Positions 18,965 through 29,071 are shown, counted from the first letter of the stretch. The stretch: DNA of 64,000 nt from a virus (IMGVR_UViG_3300042013_000067:128001-192000); one strand, 5' to 3'. The notes: a model not told the origin generated them from the sequence alone. Numbers and translations: made by a program.

Positions 18965-19981
18965 ATGACACCAGTCGTAGATGTATTGAAAGCACAAAAG
19001 TTGTACCTGAAGTTAGTTGAGTGTGCAATGAATCAAACTCACATTCACTTTAACCGAGTGCATGACTTGCTGCACGGTATCGAACACACTGATACCTCGG
19101 AAGAGGAAGTTCAAGAGACCAACAACGTCATCCGGGCCGTTGCTGATTTCTGTGTGTGGCGACAATTGCCATACCTCACCATTCTGATTTCTACCAACGA
19201 TGCAACCGGTCCAGGTCGAGGCTTTTGGAAAACCCTCCCCGGCGATCACACGCTCGATGACGCGAATCGTGGTGCACTCTACTTGGTCTTCCGCGAAGCG
19301 TGCTACACCTACTACAGCCCATTCTGTGGTCACAGCAAAGAACTGAAACAATTCGTATACGAGCGTGTGGATTTCGGCATGCGTATGAATCACCCTGATG
19401 CCGACTTTATCCGTGACGTCGTGCGTGAGAAGGTTGAATACTTCGCACAGGCATCCACCAACCTCGACCAAATCGCTCTGACCGAAGACAACCCATTGCA
19501 CCTGCGTTATGTGCAGTGTGAATTCTTCATCAACATGGCGAAGTGGTTGACTCAAGCGTGCCATTACAACGACCACAACATGATCGTGTGGGACATGGAG
19601 TTTCTCCGCAGCACTCTCAAGACTTTGCGCCGTGAGTTCACACTCACACTACCCATCGGTCCTGAGCATAACTTGTTCAAGCTTACCCTTGCACGTGAAC
19701 TGGCAGAAAATGAGATGTACATGGCCACCATCGATGAGGTGGTGCTCCTGACAGCGTGCTGTATCACTGTGGGTGATCCGGCAATGATCGAACACATCGA
19801 GGTACAGAACGGCATCCTCCACTCACCACCTGAAGGTCGCCGCCAAATGGGTGCTGCTGCAACGGTCGGTGGGATCCCCTTGAACGCCGTTGCTAATGGT
19901 GAGAAGTGCACCTTTGCAGCGCACAGTGATCTTCGTGAGTTCAGCCACGTAACCATCCGCGTATCGTTCCGTTTGGGTTAA
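18965..19981 (+). CDS. Hypothetical protein
   Basis: 338-aa ORF bounded by terminators; no recognised motif. Confidence 0.75.
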   Translation: MTPVVDVLKAQKLYLKLVECAMNQTHIHFNRVHDLLHGIEHTDTSEEEVQETNNVIRAVADFCVWRQLPYLTILISTNDATGPGRGFWKTLPGDHTLDDANRGALYLVFREACYTYYSPFCGHSKELKQFVYERVDFGMRMNHPDADFIRDVVREKVEYFAQASTNLDQIALTEDNPLHLRYVQCEFFINMAKWLTQACHYNDHNMIVWDMEFLRSTLKTLRREFTLTLPIGPEHNLFKLTLARELAENEMYMATIDEVVLLTACCITVGDPAMIEHIEVQNGILHSPPEGRRQMGAAATVGGIPLNAVANGEKCTFAAHSDLREFSHVTIRVSFRLG

Positions 19982-19986
19982 ACCCT

Positions 19987-20017
19987 AGGCCTGTCCTTCG
20001 GGACAGGCTTTATGCCG
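19987..20017 (+). terminator. Terminator
   Basis: GCCTGTCC-TTCG-GGACAGGC-TTTATGCCG. Confidence 0.85.
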
Positions 20018-20038
20018 TCTAGACTTGACTCGAATAAC

Positions 20039-20071
20039 TTTGAGAACTATATTGTCTTTGTGAATTAGGAA
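20039..20071 (+). promoter_or_regulatory. Early promoter cassette, copy 2
   Basis: 33-nt exact repeat upstream of the small membrane gene cluster. Confidence 0.8.
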
Positions 20072-20112
20072 CAATAAGTTCTTAGCACTTCCCCTTTAAG
20101 GTGAAATTGAAA

Positions 20113-20484
20113 ATGAAAGATATCATGAAAGCAGTTATGATTCGTGCCCTGTGTGTAATCACTGCTGCGGCTATCTTCGCCACCTACGCCAGAATCATGG
20201 CCCGCGTACGTGAACGCAATGGTCGCTTGGCTGTTGAAGCACAGAAGGCACAAGCCAAGATGTCAGTGACGGTTATGTCGGGGTTGTTGGATGCGCTGCG
20301 TGACGAGATCGTCAACACCATGCCTAAGTACGAAGCGGCTGATGAGCAAGGCAAGCTGACTATCAAACAGACCCTACTGGATAGCTATGCTTGCCAAGGC
20401 ACCGTAATCAGTAGCAACGTACGCGACATCTATCTGACGTCGGTACGTAGCATGATTGACCGTGCCTTGACCGTCAGGACTTGA
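20113..20484 (+). CDS. Early membrane-anchored hypothetical protein
   Basis: Follows an early promoter cassette; AAGGTG RBS; N-terminal hydrophobic helix. Confidence 0.75.
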   Translation: MKDIMKAVMIRALCVITAAAIFATYARIMARVRERNGRLAVEAQKAQAKMSVTVMSGLLDALRDEIVNTMPKYEAADEQGKLTIKQTLLDSYACQGTVISSNVRDIYLTSVRSMIDRALTVRT

Positions 20485-20498
20485 TTGGAATAAATCTC

Positions 20499-20528
20499 AG
20501 AACTATATCTTGCGGATGAATTGGGAGT
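20499..20528 (+). promoter_or_regulatory. Diverged early promoter (AGAACTATATCTTGCGGATGAATTGGGA)
   Basis: Shares AGAACTATAT and TGAATT.GGA with the cassette. Confidence 0.65.
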
Positions 20529-20568
20529 CCTATGGGTTCCCTACCCCTTATACCGTGGAGCATTTAAC

Positions 20569-20925
20569 ATGTCCGAAGTTAGCCGTGTATTGAAACATGC
20601 AGTGATTGGTGCAGCTGTTGGTTTGCTGTGGGTTGGTAGCTACAAACTGGGTAAGGTTTGTGGTCGTGCGGTCGCTCAAGCCATCGCCCTCGGTAATGCA
20701 GCCAAAGCTACTCGTGATCAGTTCGACGCTATCGTCGAAGGGGCGAAAGCTGAAGCTGGTGAGGACTGGCGGTCACACGCCCAAGTATCCATGACTTCGT
20801 TGTGGTACCACAACTCCGACGGTATCGTCCGGGACAAGAAGTGGACTGCTGTAACCGATGCAATCTACAACCGTTTCCAGGAACACCTGAATGCGGTAAC
20901 CAACATAGCCAAACCACAGGAATAA
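20569..20925 (+). CDS. Early membrane-anchored hypothetical protein
   Basis: GGAG RBS; N-terminal helix AVIGAAVGLLWVG. Confidence 0.75.
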   Translation: MSEVSRVLKHAVIGAAVGLLWVGSYKLGKVCGRAVAQAIALGNAAKATRDQFDAIVEGAKAEAGEDWRSHAQVSMTSLWYHNSDGIVRDKKWTAVTDAIYNRFQEHLNAVTNIAKPQE

Positions 20926-20929
20926 ATCC

Positions 20930-21076
20930 ATGAGCATCAAGATCAAGGCAAAGAAAGCTGCAGCCGATATCGGTGAAGTCGCCAAAGCCAGCATACAGGG
21001 CATGGGTACCGGTGTCAAGATTGCCGCAGGGTTTCTCCCCCTGCTGGTTGTCTTTGCAGTAATCAACCGCATCTAA
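20930..21076 (+). CDS. 48-aa small membrane protein
   Basis: Translated by hand: MSIKIKAKKAAADIGEVAKASIQGMGTGVKIAAGFLPLLVVFAVINRI; AGGA RBS. Confidence 0.7.
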   Translation: MSIKIKAKKAAADIGEVAKASIQGMGTGVKIAAGFLPLLVVFAVINRI

Positions 21077-21099
21077 CACTACTGATCAGGAATACAGAC

Positions 21100-21216
21100 A
21101 TGAGCCGTGATACTAAAGAAGTTGCAAAAGCAGTGGGTTATTTCATTGGTGTATCCGTCGGCATCAGCTTGGTCTGTATTGCCGTGCAGAAAGTGGTAGG
21201 TGCAGTCCTTGACTGA
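21100..21216 (+). CDS. 38-aa small membrane protein
   Basis: Translated by hand: MSRDTKEVAKAVGYFIGVSVGISLVCIAVQKVVGAVLD; AGGA RBS. Confidence 0.7.
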   Translation: MSRDTKEVAKAVGYFIGVSVGISLVCIAVQKVVGAVLD

Positions 21217-21280
21217 TCGCCGTTATACCCCAACTTCTTACACCCATTTCTACAAAACTATTTCACAAGGGAATACCAAC

Positions 21281-21619
21281 ATGCAAACTCCAGAAAACAA
21301 CAAGCCAGTAATCGACGTAACTCCAATTGACGCTCAGGTTAAACTCAGCGATCAAATCAAACAGGCTTCTGAAGAGATCGCTGCCAAAGTGATCGATGAA
21401 AGCAATCTGTTTGCTAAGCCTACTCTGGCCCAGCGCGCTAAGCGCATCGGCGGGGTTGCGCTGAAGGTCGGTCTGTACAGCGCCGGTGCTGCTGCTCTTG
21501 GCGGCATTGCCTGGGTTGGCTACAAAGCGTTGAAAGGCACTCCAGCTGAAGCGGTTGCTGACGCTGTAGGTGATGCTGCCGCTGCTGTTGCAGATGCCGT
21601 CGCTGCCGCCTTGCGCTAA
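21281..21619 (+). CDS. Membrane protein (112 aa)
   Basis: AAGGGA RBS; Gly/Ala-rich TM segment GLYSAGAAALGGIAWVGY. Confidence 0.8.
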   Translation: MQTPENNKPVIDVTPIDAQVKLSDQIKQASEEIAAKVIDESNLFAKPTLAQRAKRIGGVALKVGLYSAGAAALGGIAWVGYKALKGTPAEAVADAVGDAAAAVADAVAAALR

Positions 21620-21686
21620 CGACGACACTACACCGGGGGCGGATGATCGCCCCCAACACTTTCTTACAGAGTACACACACTTGAAA

Positions 21687-21797
21687 ATGCAAAACTTCAC
21701 CGAAGAAGAAAAACGTGGTATCGACGCTTCTCTGGCCTACGTCGAGTTCTTGCTGGCTCGCCGTGTAAAAAAGAAGATGGCGGCGGACAAGCGTTAA
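21687..21797 (+). CDS. 36-aa hypothetical protein
   Basis: MQNFTEEEKRGIDASLAYVEFLLARRVKKKMAADKR; strong codon bias, weak RBS. Confidence 0.55.
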   Translation: MQNFTEEEKRGIDASLAYVEFLLARRVKKKMAADKR

Positions 21798-21898
21798 TGC
21801 AACGTTTGTTAGAAGTATAGAGCCGGCCGGATGGTCGGTCCCTATACTTCTTTTTTCTTTTGTCGGCATAAGCCCCGCCCGTAGGCAGGAGCTTAAGT

Positions 21899-22408
21899 TT
21901 AGTCGACTCGCTTACCACCTGGGTTAATACCCATCCGGCTGAAGAACGATTCACTGGTTTCTTGAACCACACCGATCTCTTGTTCACCGTCCACGATCTC
22001 ATGCTCACCGAGTTTGGATTCATCCAGCTTCGGCAGGAGTGCACGCGGTACATGGTTAGGGTCTACAGACCCGTCAGCAGAACGCAACGAGAACGGGTTG
22101 TCGTTCTTGAGCATCTTAACAGCTTCCACCATCGCCTGAGCGATTTCAGCACTCGATGCACTGGCGGACTCTTCGATGTTGTTCTTACGGTCATTGATTG
22201 CCGTGGTGTCATGATCTTTGAGCGTGGACAACAAGACCTTGATGTCGTCATTATCCCGCGGTACACCACCACGCATTTTACTGGCTACGATCTTACGTCG
22301 AATACCCTGCGAGTAGGCCAGTGCCTGCTCATAAGACATCTCAGGTTGTTCTTCGATGTAGTCGAATTCACCTGCCTCCAATGTATGCGTCTCTTGTGCG
22401 TCAGACAT
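21899..22408 (-). CDS. Conserved hypothetical protein
   Basis: AGGAG RBS before MSDAQE; ends at a terminator. Confidence 0.75.
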   Translation of the reverse strand: MSDAQETHTLEAGEFDYIEEQPEMSYEQALAYSQGIRRKIVASKMRGGVPRDNDDIKVLLSTLKDHDTTAINDRKNNIEESASASSAEIAQAMVEAVKMLKNDNPFSLRSADGSVDPNHVPRALLPKLDESKLGEHEIVDGEQEIGVVQETSESFFSRMGINPGGKRVD

Positions 22409-22491
22409 GTCTTTGCTCCTGGAAAAGTATACCAGTCTACTAGACTGTATATAACGGAATATTTTAGGCACCTATATCATCGTCATGCATA

Positions 22492-23055
22492 ATGCGCATG
22501 ATACTATCGGAGTTACCCCTAATGTTGTTAGGTTCGTTATTTAAACGCGTAGCGTTGTGGCGTCAAACTCGCACGGTTGAAGCACGCAGGTACCGCATAG
22601 AAGAATTACTGGAGATGGAGATCTCTGACAGCACAATGCCACTAGCGATGGCTACGTTCTGGCGAGACACAGGGCATACTGTGTTTACCTCCATCCCCTT
22701 AAACGAACTGATTTGCTACCCGTTGGTACGCAATCACGTAAACCTAGAGGAGATAGCCAACCTCTTGGACAAATCGCTCAGACTGGTCGCGGAGGACGAC
22801 TACGAGCAAATGGCTAGTTACCTGTCTCGTCGCATGACGGATCGGCATGATAACTCTGTTGCTGCCTACCTCACCGACAAAGACGGGTTTCCCCTTGATA
22901 CCGAGGCGGTATTTACTCGGATCAGTACCTTGCTCTTCAGCATGGCTGCTACCCTTGATGGGTTGGAGTCCTTCGAGTATCACCGTCTGATGAATCCGCT
23001 GTATCGGGAACTCATCGTCGTGGTCACTCGACTGTTAGAACTCAAGCAAAGGTAA
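22492..23055 (+). CDS. Hypothetical protein
   Basis: 187-aa ORF following TATATCAT. Confidence 0.7.
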   Translation: MRMILSELPLMLLGSLFKRVALWRQTRTVEARRYRIEELLEMEISDSTMPLAMATFWRDTGHTVFTSIPLNELICYPLVRNHVNLEEIANLLDKSLRLVAEDDYEQMASYLSRRMTDRHDNSVAAYLTDKDGFPLDTEAVFTRISTLLFSMAATLDGLESFEYHRLMNPLYRELIVVVTRLLELKQR

Positions 23056-23102
23056 CCCAAGGAAGGCGTCGCTTTCCCACATCAATCACCGTAGGTGTAT
23101 GA

Positions 23103-23873
23103 ATGGACAACATCAAACAGTTGCTGACGAGTTCCGATAAGGGACGTAGTCGTGCGCAAGGTATCTTGTGCTATATGTTTCGCAACACACTGCTCTGGAA
23201 CAACGTGACGTATCATCGATGGGTCAGAGCCACGAACTTCTACTTTGAGAAGCCACATAACCGCAAGAACCCGGACCGTGGGAATCTCAACAAGGCGTTG
23301 ATTCAGGATGACCTGAGTTGGGCCTCCTTTAAGAAGGGCTTAGACCTACTGAGTCCCTATAAGGCTATCCTCACCATCATACTGACGTGGAAGAGTGGTA
23401 AGACTTCAACCTACAGTGTCACCATTGACTTGGTGGAGGATGAAGACGACATTATCCTGGTGTCTCTCCCACTGCTGCCTGAAACAGACCTCGTTGCCAG
23501 CATGGTTGAACGGCAAAAGAATAAGCCGAAGAACACACTAGCCCGGCTGTATGGGCAGATCCTGCAGGCGGAAAGTGTTGATCACACCCGCTGGCAAGCA
23601 CTACTGGACGAGTACGCCAAGAACCCACTGAATGGCTTTACCGGGACCAAGAAGGAAACGGCCACAACCATCAGTTCCATTCAACGCCAACTGTTTGAAC
23701 CACGTCTGTCGTGGAATAACTTTCGTAAGGGACTGGCTATCCTAGGACCTGTGCAGGAAGACTACATCCTTCGTTTGGAGTGGGCACCAGAAGTAAAGCG
23801 CGTCGAAGACGTCACTGAAACGCACGTTACTATTCGGGACCCTTTCAGCACTGGACGCAACTATGCCAAATAA
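23103..23873 (+). CDS. Hypothetical protein with two internal repeat domains
   Basis: LSWASFKKGL.LL and LSWNNFRKGL.IL occur in the two halves. Confidence 0.75.
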   Translation: MDNIKQLLTSSDKGRSRAQGILCYMFRNTLLWNNVTYHRWVRATNFYFEKPHNRKNPDRGNLNKALIQDDLSWASFKKGLDLLSPYKAILTIILTWKSGKTSTYSVTIDLVEDEDDIILVSLPLLPETDLVASMVERQKNKPKNTLARLYGQILQAESVDHTRWQALLDEYAKNPLNGFTGTKKETATTISSIQRQLFEPRLSWNNFRKGLAILGPVQEDYILRLEWAPEVKRVEDVTETHVTIRDPFSTGRNYAK

Positions 23874-24273
23874 AAGCAACGCTATCGATATCGGTGAAAA
23901 CGCAAGCCTCGATATCCAGAATGTTCTGGGCTATTATGCCCCGTCGAATCGAACCACTGAGAGTGGGCTGATCTTCAAGACGTACTACGGGCTTCGGCAG
24001 TACTACGTCAGTGGCGGCTTTGATAACCGACTGCTGACATTAGAAGACCCTAAGGAAATTCTGGCTACGAGTCGTGAGCGCAAATGGACGCACGTGGGTG
24101 ATTTACGGATGCGGTTGATGGCTGCGCTGTTACACAACGTTCGGTTGAACCACTCGGTAGTGTCGCATGTCAATCCTGAAGACTGCGTGGAATGGCTACG
24201 GCGTTCGCCTAAGCTTAACACACAGGAACAGGCTTGGCTTGAGATAGTGCGTTCTGTGATGGGCTGTCAATAA
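23863..24273 (+). CDS. Hypothetical protein
   Basis: Overlaps the upstream stop; followed by a terminator. Confidence 0.7.
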   Translation: MPNKSNAIDIGENASLDIQNVLGYYAPSNRTTESGLIFKTYYGLRQYYVSGGFDNRLLTLEDPKEILATSRERKWTHVGDLRMRLMAALLHNVRLNHSVVSHVNPEDCVEWLRRSPKLNTQEQAWLEIVRSVMGCQ

Positions 24274-24317
24274 CACATGGCCTGCCCTACGGGGCAGGCT
24301 TATGTCAGGAGTGGGAA

Positions 24318-24569
24318 ATGAAAGTACGTCCGCATCGTCGATTGCTGGATGAAGCAATGGCTGAAGTACAAGAGATTGAGCCGACCATGGACGCGTTGCG
24401 TAAATGGGTAGACGCTTCATTCGGTGTCATGCAACCACCCGATCTCTCGAACCTTGAACTGCAACACTATACTTACGACGCCCGTATTGAGTGGGATACG
24501 TGGATCATCACGTTGCCTGGGTTTGGGGTGTTAGGGTTCACCGACGGTCCATTGCAAGCCTCCCCGTAA
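24318..24569 (+). CDS. Conserved phage hypothetical protein
   Basis: RPHR..L.E.M and YD.RI.WDT.I...GV.GFTDGP pattern; AGGAG RBS. Confidence 0.75.
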   Translation: MKVRPHRRLLDEAMAEVQEIEPTMDALRKWVDASFGVMQPPDLSNLELQHYTYDARIEWDTWIITLPGFGVLGFTDGPLQASP

Positions 24570-24625
24570 GGGGAGGTTCGCCATCTTATGAACTCCCTTT
24601 TTCTTTTGTCTAAAACGAGGCTTCT

Positions 24626-25675
24626 ATGGTTAGTATTGCCCGTCCGGTGTTTGAAACTGGACCCAAGGACAAAGTGGCGATGGTGGATGCGTATAACGCA
24701 GTCACGCCAGAAGTCCGTAACGACCTTACCAGTAAACTGACGTCCTTTGGTAGTACGCTGTCGGCTACCTTCGGTGCTGCTGGACGTACCTTCAGTAACA
24801 TCGGTAACCGCATCACCAAAGGCGAGCTCAATGTCGATGATGCCGCCAAACGCATCAAGAGCGCCTTAGGCGGGTCTCGCAGTGATATCGCAGGCCTAGC
24901 CTCTGGAGTGCAGAATAGCATCTACAGCGAGCTTACAGGCACCGTACCGGGCACAGACTATGTCAAAGGCGCGACCGACCTCTACGATAACGTCCAAGTA
25001 GTGACCGGTCAGGCCACTTACCAGATCAATTCCGATCGTCAATCAGTACAATCGATCCTCGGTTTCGTGGCTGACCTCACCGGCAACAGTGTTTTCAAGA
25101 CCCTCGACATGGGCGCTGAGGCGGCGTTGATTGGTGGACTGATGGGTACCGTGTCTAGCTGGGGTGTACCAGCCCTGATGGACAGCCTGATGGAAGGCAA
25201 GGATGAGAACTTCAGGTATTCGGTATATAGCCGTAACTCGGATCAACTCATCGCTACGTCTAACATCGGAATGATGGAGTACTACGTCGACAACGGCATG
25301 GCCAGTGCGTTGACGAACCGTACGCCTGACTATGGTCCCAGCTATCTGGCTCAGTACGCCTTCCCTGTGGGTACCACGCCAGATCAATACCCGACCCTGC
25401 ACGCGCAACTGGTCAAGGTAATGAACGCATTGGACCCTACGTGGTTGGTGACCTATCGCGGTTCAGTGGAAACGGTAAGTGGTGATGATGTAACCATCAA
25501 GACCCCACTCCCGGTCACTAACCTGGCCGTCGTCGCTAAGGCCAGTCAAGACGCCATTAAACTGTTGGTATCTGATGCATCAACCCGTACCGCTGTATTG
25601 GCTGCTCAGAACTTTCCTTCCAAGGATTTGATTCAAATCGCTAAAGAAATGTATCCAATGATCGGTATCGCCTAA
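24626..25675 (+). CDS. Virion structural protein (phiKZ gp174-like by synteny)
   Basis: GAGG RBS; upstream TATG; convergent with the protease gene. Confidence 0.65.
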   Translation: MVSIARPVFETGPKDKVAMVDAYNAVTPEVRNDLTSKLTSFGSTLSATFGAAGRTFSNIGNRITKGELNVDDAAKRIKSALGGSRSDIAGLASGVQNSIYSELTGTVPGTDYVKGATDLYDNVQVVTGQATYQINSDRQSVQSILGFVADLTGNSVFKTLDMGAEAALIGGLMGTVSSWGVPALMDSLMEGKDENFRYSVYSRNSDQLIATSNIGMMEYYVDNGMASALTNRTPDYGPSYLAQYAFPVGTTPDQYPTLHAQLVKVMNALDPTWLVTYRGSVETVSGDDVTIKTPLPVTNLAVVAKASQDAIKLLVSDASTRTAVLAAQNFPSKDLIQIAKEMYPMIGIA

Positions 25676-25716
25676 CGGCATAAAACCCCTCCCCTGACCG
25701 GGAGGGGCTTATGTCC
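25676..25716. terminator. Bidirectional terminator
   Basis: GGCATAAAACCCCTCCC...GGGAGGGGCTTATGTCC between convergent genes. Confidence 0.8.
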
Positions 25717-25718
25717 GC

Positions 25719-26498
25719 TTACCAGCGCATGAAGCCTGGACGACGAGTAGTAGAAGTTTTCGCAACACGCTGCCAGTTGAGCTCTTGGATCAGCTTATCG
25801 TAATCAGCACCATTGTCTTCCAGACCCAAGCCACGGAGCCGCTTCTGTTCGCGGGCCAAACCATGGAGGATTTCTGGAGTAACTTCCATGCTGTTCTCGA
25901 AGTCTTCGAGAGACGGTGCGTTGTGTTTGCATGCGGTGTAGATACCGCCTTCGCCCACGAAGTCATGCGTGACAACTTCACGGGTGTACTTAATGCGTTC
26001 CAGCATGTCGTCGACTGTAATCGACCGCACGGAGAAGTAGGTGTTCATTGCAGGGTTCTTCAGGGACTCTTCGACGTATTTGCCGTAAGGCCCGAACGGT
26101 TTGACCCAAGCGATTACCAGTGTGATTGGGCGACCGTGTTCGTCTTGGCTGGGGACCAGTTCGTAATCACGAATGTGGTGACTCCAGCGATCAGGGTCGA
26201 TACGACGTACCCGAGCCATATAGGCTTGGTCTGACATACCGGGGGTCTGCACGGGATGTTTGTATTCACCGTACAGAGCGCCTTTCTTTGCCTGACGCAT
26301 CAACTGCGAGCCCGGCTGGAACATGGCCAGACCAGACTTGGAGTCGTAGAGAAAACCACCGCTGTTGTAGGCATCGTAGGCACCTACCGGGCAGGGGTAG
26401 TAGCCTTGGGCGTCTGGTTGCAGGACGCCTTGTTTCTGGGTACCGGCGAGCATGGTAGAACCCACGCGCACCGATTGACGCAGAGCAGATTGCAGCAT
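25719..26498 (-). CDS. Prohead maturation serine protease (phiKZ gp175-like)
   Basis: LYGEYKHP (catalytic His), YFSVRS (catalytic Ser), IVTHD-like VVTHDFV; C-terminal SLE/GLE self-cleavage candidates; synteny. Confidence 0.85.
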   Translation of the reverse strand: MLQSALRQSVRVGSTMLAGTQKQGVLQPDAQGYYPCPVGAYDAYNSGGFLYDSKSGLAMFQPGSQLMRQAKKGALYGEYKHPVQTPGMSDQAYMARVRRIDPDRWSHHIRDYELVPSQDEHGRPITLVIAWVKPFGPYGKYVEESLKNPAMNTYFSVRSITVDDMLERIKYTREVVTHDFVGEGGIYTACKHNAPSLEDFENSMEVTPEILHGLAREQKRLRGLGLEDNGADYDKLIQELNWQRVAKTSTTRRPGFMRW

Positions 26499-26505
26499 AG
26501 AGACC

Positions 26506-27216
26506 TCAGGTTCTCAGGAGCTCCTCGATACCCTCGACGCGGTCACTAGGGTTCACCAACGCCGAGACAATACTGTCAGCGGTGTAGGCACCAATCAGTT
26601 TCGATGTGGTGTCAGAGGTGTTCCAGATCACGTTCCGGAAAGGAATGCTCACGGGTGGGTTGGTCTCGACATCGCTGTGCTTGTTGTAGATGTGGCGGTA
26701 AAGACGCGTCATGTCTTTTGGATCACGACACGTAGTGGAAATGATGAGGCTAAGGATCGCCCGGTTACCCAAGTAAATCCCTGCAAACTCTTCCGCCGTT
26801 TCGAACATGTTAGCTTTGTCGAAATAATTGAAGTACCAAGGGATGTTACCCTTATCCACGTGTTCACTGTACACGTAGTAAGACAGGGTGTCGTTCTTCA
26901 CAGGCTCGGTACCGGCAATGACTGTGTCACCCGGTTCAAACTGGAAGTTAAAATACGTCACGCCATTGATCACCACCTTCTCAGTGGAAGATGGCACAAT
27001 GCGGAACATCGCAATGGTGCGAACCACACCAAAGCGATTACCCATGAGGATACCGTAGAAACCGAGAATGTGAATCTCGGTCCCTATATTGGCCAAGTGC
27101 ACAGAAGCGTAACGCTCAGGCACGAGAATACGACAAGCAGTATCACTGATGATACTGCCGTCGTTTTGCTCATGGAGGTGTTTCTTGATGAAGTCAGGGT
27201 CTCGGACCATCTGCAT
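26506..27216 (-). CDS. Virion RNAP small subunit, beta'-C-terminus-like (phiKZ gp176 / SPN3US gp244-like)
   Basis: Recalled synteny between the protease and gp177-like genes; TSDTTSKLIGAY..SIVSAL resembles the beta' C-terminal region. Confidence 0.6.
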   Translation of the reverse strand: MQMVRDPDFIKKHLHEQNDGSIISDTACRILVPERYASVHLANIGTEIHILGFYGILMGNRFGVVRTIAMFRIVPSSTEKVVINGVTYFNFQFEPGDTVIAGTEPVKNDTLSYYVYSEHVDKGNIPWYFNYFDKANMFETAEEFAGIYLGNRAILSLIISTTCRDPKDMTRLYRHIYNKHSDVETNPPVSIPFRNVIWNTSDTTSKLIGAYTADSIVSALVNPSDRVEGIEELLRT

Positions 27217-27247
27217 CAGAAAGTACCTCAGGTTGGGAACTTACAGC

Positions 27248-29059
27248 TTATTGCTGCGTTTTGCCTTCTTCGGCTTCGTCAGAGAAGTCTGGTTCCACCG
27301 GGGCTTCGCCCTCGGCTGGCTCTGTGCCTGGGAAGCCCTCGGACTGGCCATCATCTGGCAGCTCGCTGGTCTCAGCACCCGCTGGAGCTAACGCAGGATC
27401 TTCACCGAAGGCAGTAGCGCCGTCGTCAGCTGGGGTGATCGGATTACCGTCAGCATCGATTTCACCGTTGGCTTGCGCCTCGGCTACTTCATCGATTGGC
27501 GCTGGTGGTTGTACGTCGCCCAAGTTGTCCGCCGTTTCCTGATTGGCGGTATCGATCTTCACGTTAGCCGCACCATCGTCTTCCTGCGAGACCGCATTAG
27601 GGTCGACGTCAGGGGTGTACTTGACAGTGGTGATCTGCTCAGCCAGCCAGGTCGCTACCAGTTCAATCACGGCTTCGATAGCCAGCTCACGCCCCGAGGC
27701 ACCCGGATGCACTTTGGCGTAGCGTTCCATGGAACGCATGAAGCCGTAGTACAGTGGTTGGTTCGGGTAGTAGATACGGCACACCAGACCGGCGAACAAC
27801 AGGTACGGTTTGTCGTACGCATCGTCTTCGGCAACACGCAGTTCAGCGTCCAGACGATCAGCTGCCACACCTGCGTCAATAGCAGGCAGACCTTCGACCG
27901 CAGGGGTCGAACTGTTCAAGAACACCGAGACCACGTCTTTACGACGATCGCGCAATGCATTGTCCAGGCACGCTTGACGCAGTACTGGGTAGTACTTGGC
28001 CCAACGATCAGCCAGTTCATCAGCTTGAGCATTGACTTGCGGTACGGTACGCAGGTTTGGTTCGTAAACGGCTACGGCCAAGAGCGCTTCGATTTTACCG
28101 CCAGCGGCCAACCAGCCGTTGTAGATGTCACCGTTAGCCAGTACAGTAACCTGACCGGTACGGATAGCTTCTTTGGCATCAGTCGCCAACACCAGACGTT
28201 GGTTCTTGGTGTCTTGGGCGCGGTAGGTATACGCTTTCAGCAACGCACTGCCCAGCAGCTCATGCAGGTTGCCCAGCGCGAGTTGCCACTGCGGCAGGTC
28301 AACGGACTCACCGGTCACTTCCTGTGGCGCTTCATACAGCGCACCAGTCAGGCAGTAAGCCAGCAACAGTTCATCGACCTGGATTGGCCAGTTGTTGGCG
28401 TGCATCCAGGTCGCGGTGGTGAAGTCGAACACCCGCGATTGACCGTAGAGTTTGTTCCAGACTGCATTGATGCGATCTGCGCCCATTTCCAGCAGCCATT
28501 CCACTACTTGCTGTTGCTCCAAGTGTGGGTTGTTCTCGGCCACGAGGCTAACGATGGCTTCAGGCGACATGGCGCCCAACAGGAAAGTACGGTATTGCTG
28601 TTGTGCTTGGACGTCGGTGTACTTGCTCGACACGTGGTTCAGCAGAGACGAAGCACTGTGGACTTCGTGATACTTGAACACGTTAACCGAAACGTTTGGC
28701 TGCACCGAGCTCGACTGTTTGGAGACGAACTGGTTTACCAGACTGTCAATAGTCGGTACGATGACGTTACGCGAGTTGTAGACCATGGCCTGGACGGCAC
28801 GGGTCAGTTGTTCGGTTTGGTCATCTACAGTCGCGGCATCGGCGCCGACGACTACTTCGTTGGCCTCAGAGAACTGATCCTCGGATTCCATGGCCACACG
28901 TTCGCTGAAAGCGAGCAGGGATGGTTTAACGTTGGATTGGTACGCGTTGGCAACTTGGGTAACCGGTGCAAACATCGACTTGAAGGCGACCAGACGGCCG
29001 CCCTCAGTCAGTGTCCGCGCTGCCGGGGAGATGCTTTTAACGGAAGCGGCGATGGACAT
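27248..29059 (-). CDS. Internal head/ejection protein (phiKZ gp177-like)
   Basis: Candidate AME cleavage site near the N-terminus, acidic C-terminal tail, synteny. Confidence 0.65.
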   Translation of the reverse strand: MSIAASVKSISPAARTLTEGGRLVAFKSMFAPVTQVANAYQSNVKPSLLAFSERVAMESEDQFSEANEVVVGADAATVDDQTEQLTRAVQAMVYNSRNVIVPTIDSLVNQFVSKQSSSVQPNVSVNVFKYHEVHSASSLLNHVSSKYTDVQAQQQYRTFLLGAMSPEAIVSLVAENNPHLEQQQVVEWLLEMGADRINAVWNKLYGQSRVFDFTTATWMHANNWPIQVDELLLAYCLTGALYEAPQEVTGESVDLPQWQLALGNLHELLGSALLKAYTYRAQDTKNQRLVLATDAKEAIRTGQVTVLANGDIYNGWLAAGGKIEALLAVAVYEPNLRTVPQVNAQADELADRWAKYYPVLRQACLDNALRDRRKDVVSVFLNSSTPAVEGLPAIDAGVAADRLDAELRVAEDDAYDKPYLLFAGLVCRIYYPNQPLYYGFMRSMERYAKVHPGASGRELAIEAVIELVATWLAEQITTVKYTPDVDPNAVSQEDDGAANVKIDTANQETADNLGDVQPPAPIDEVAEAQANGEIDADGNPITPADDGATAFGEDPALAPAGAETSELPDDGQSEGFPGTEPAEGEAPVEPDFSDEAEEGKTQQ

Positions 29060-29071
29060 GTAAGAACTCCC

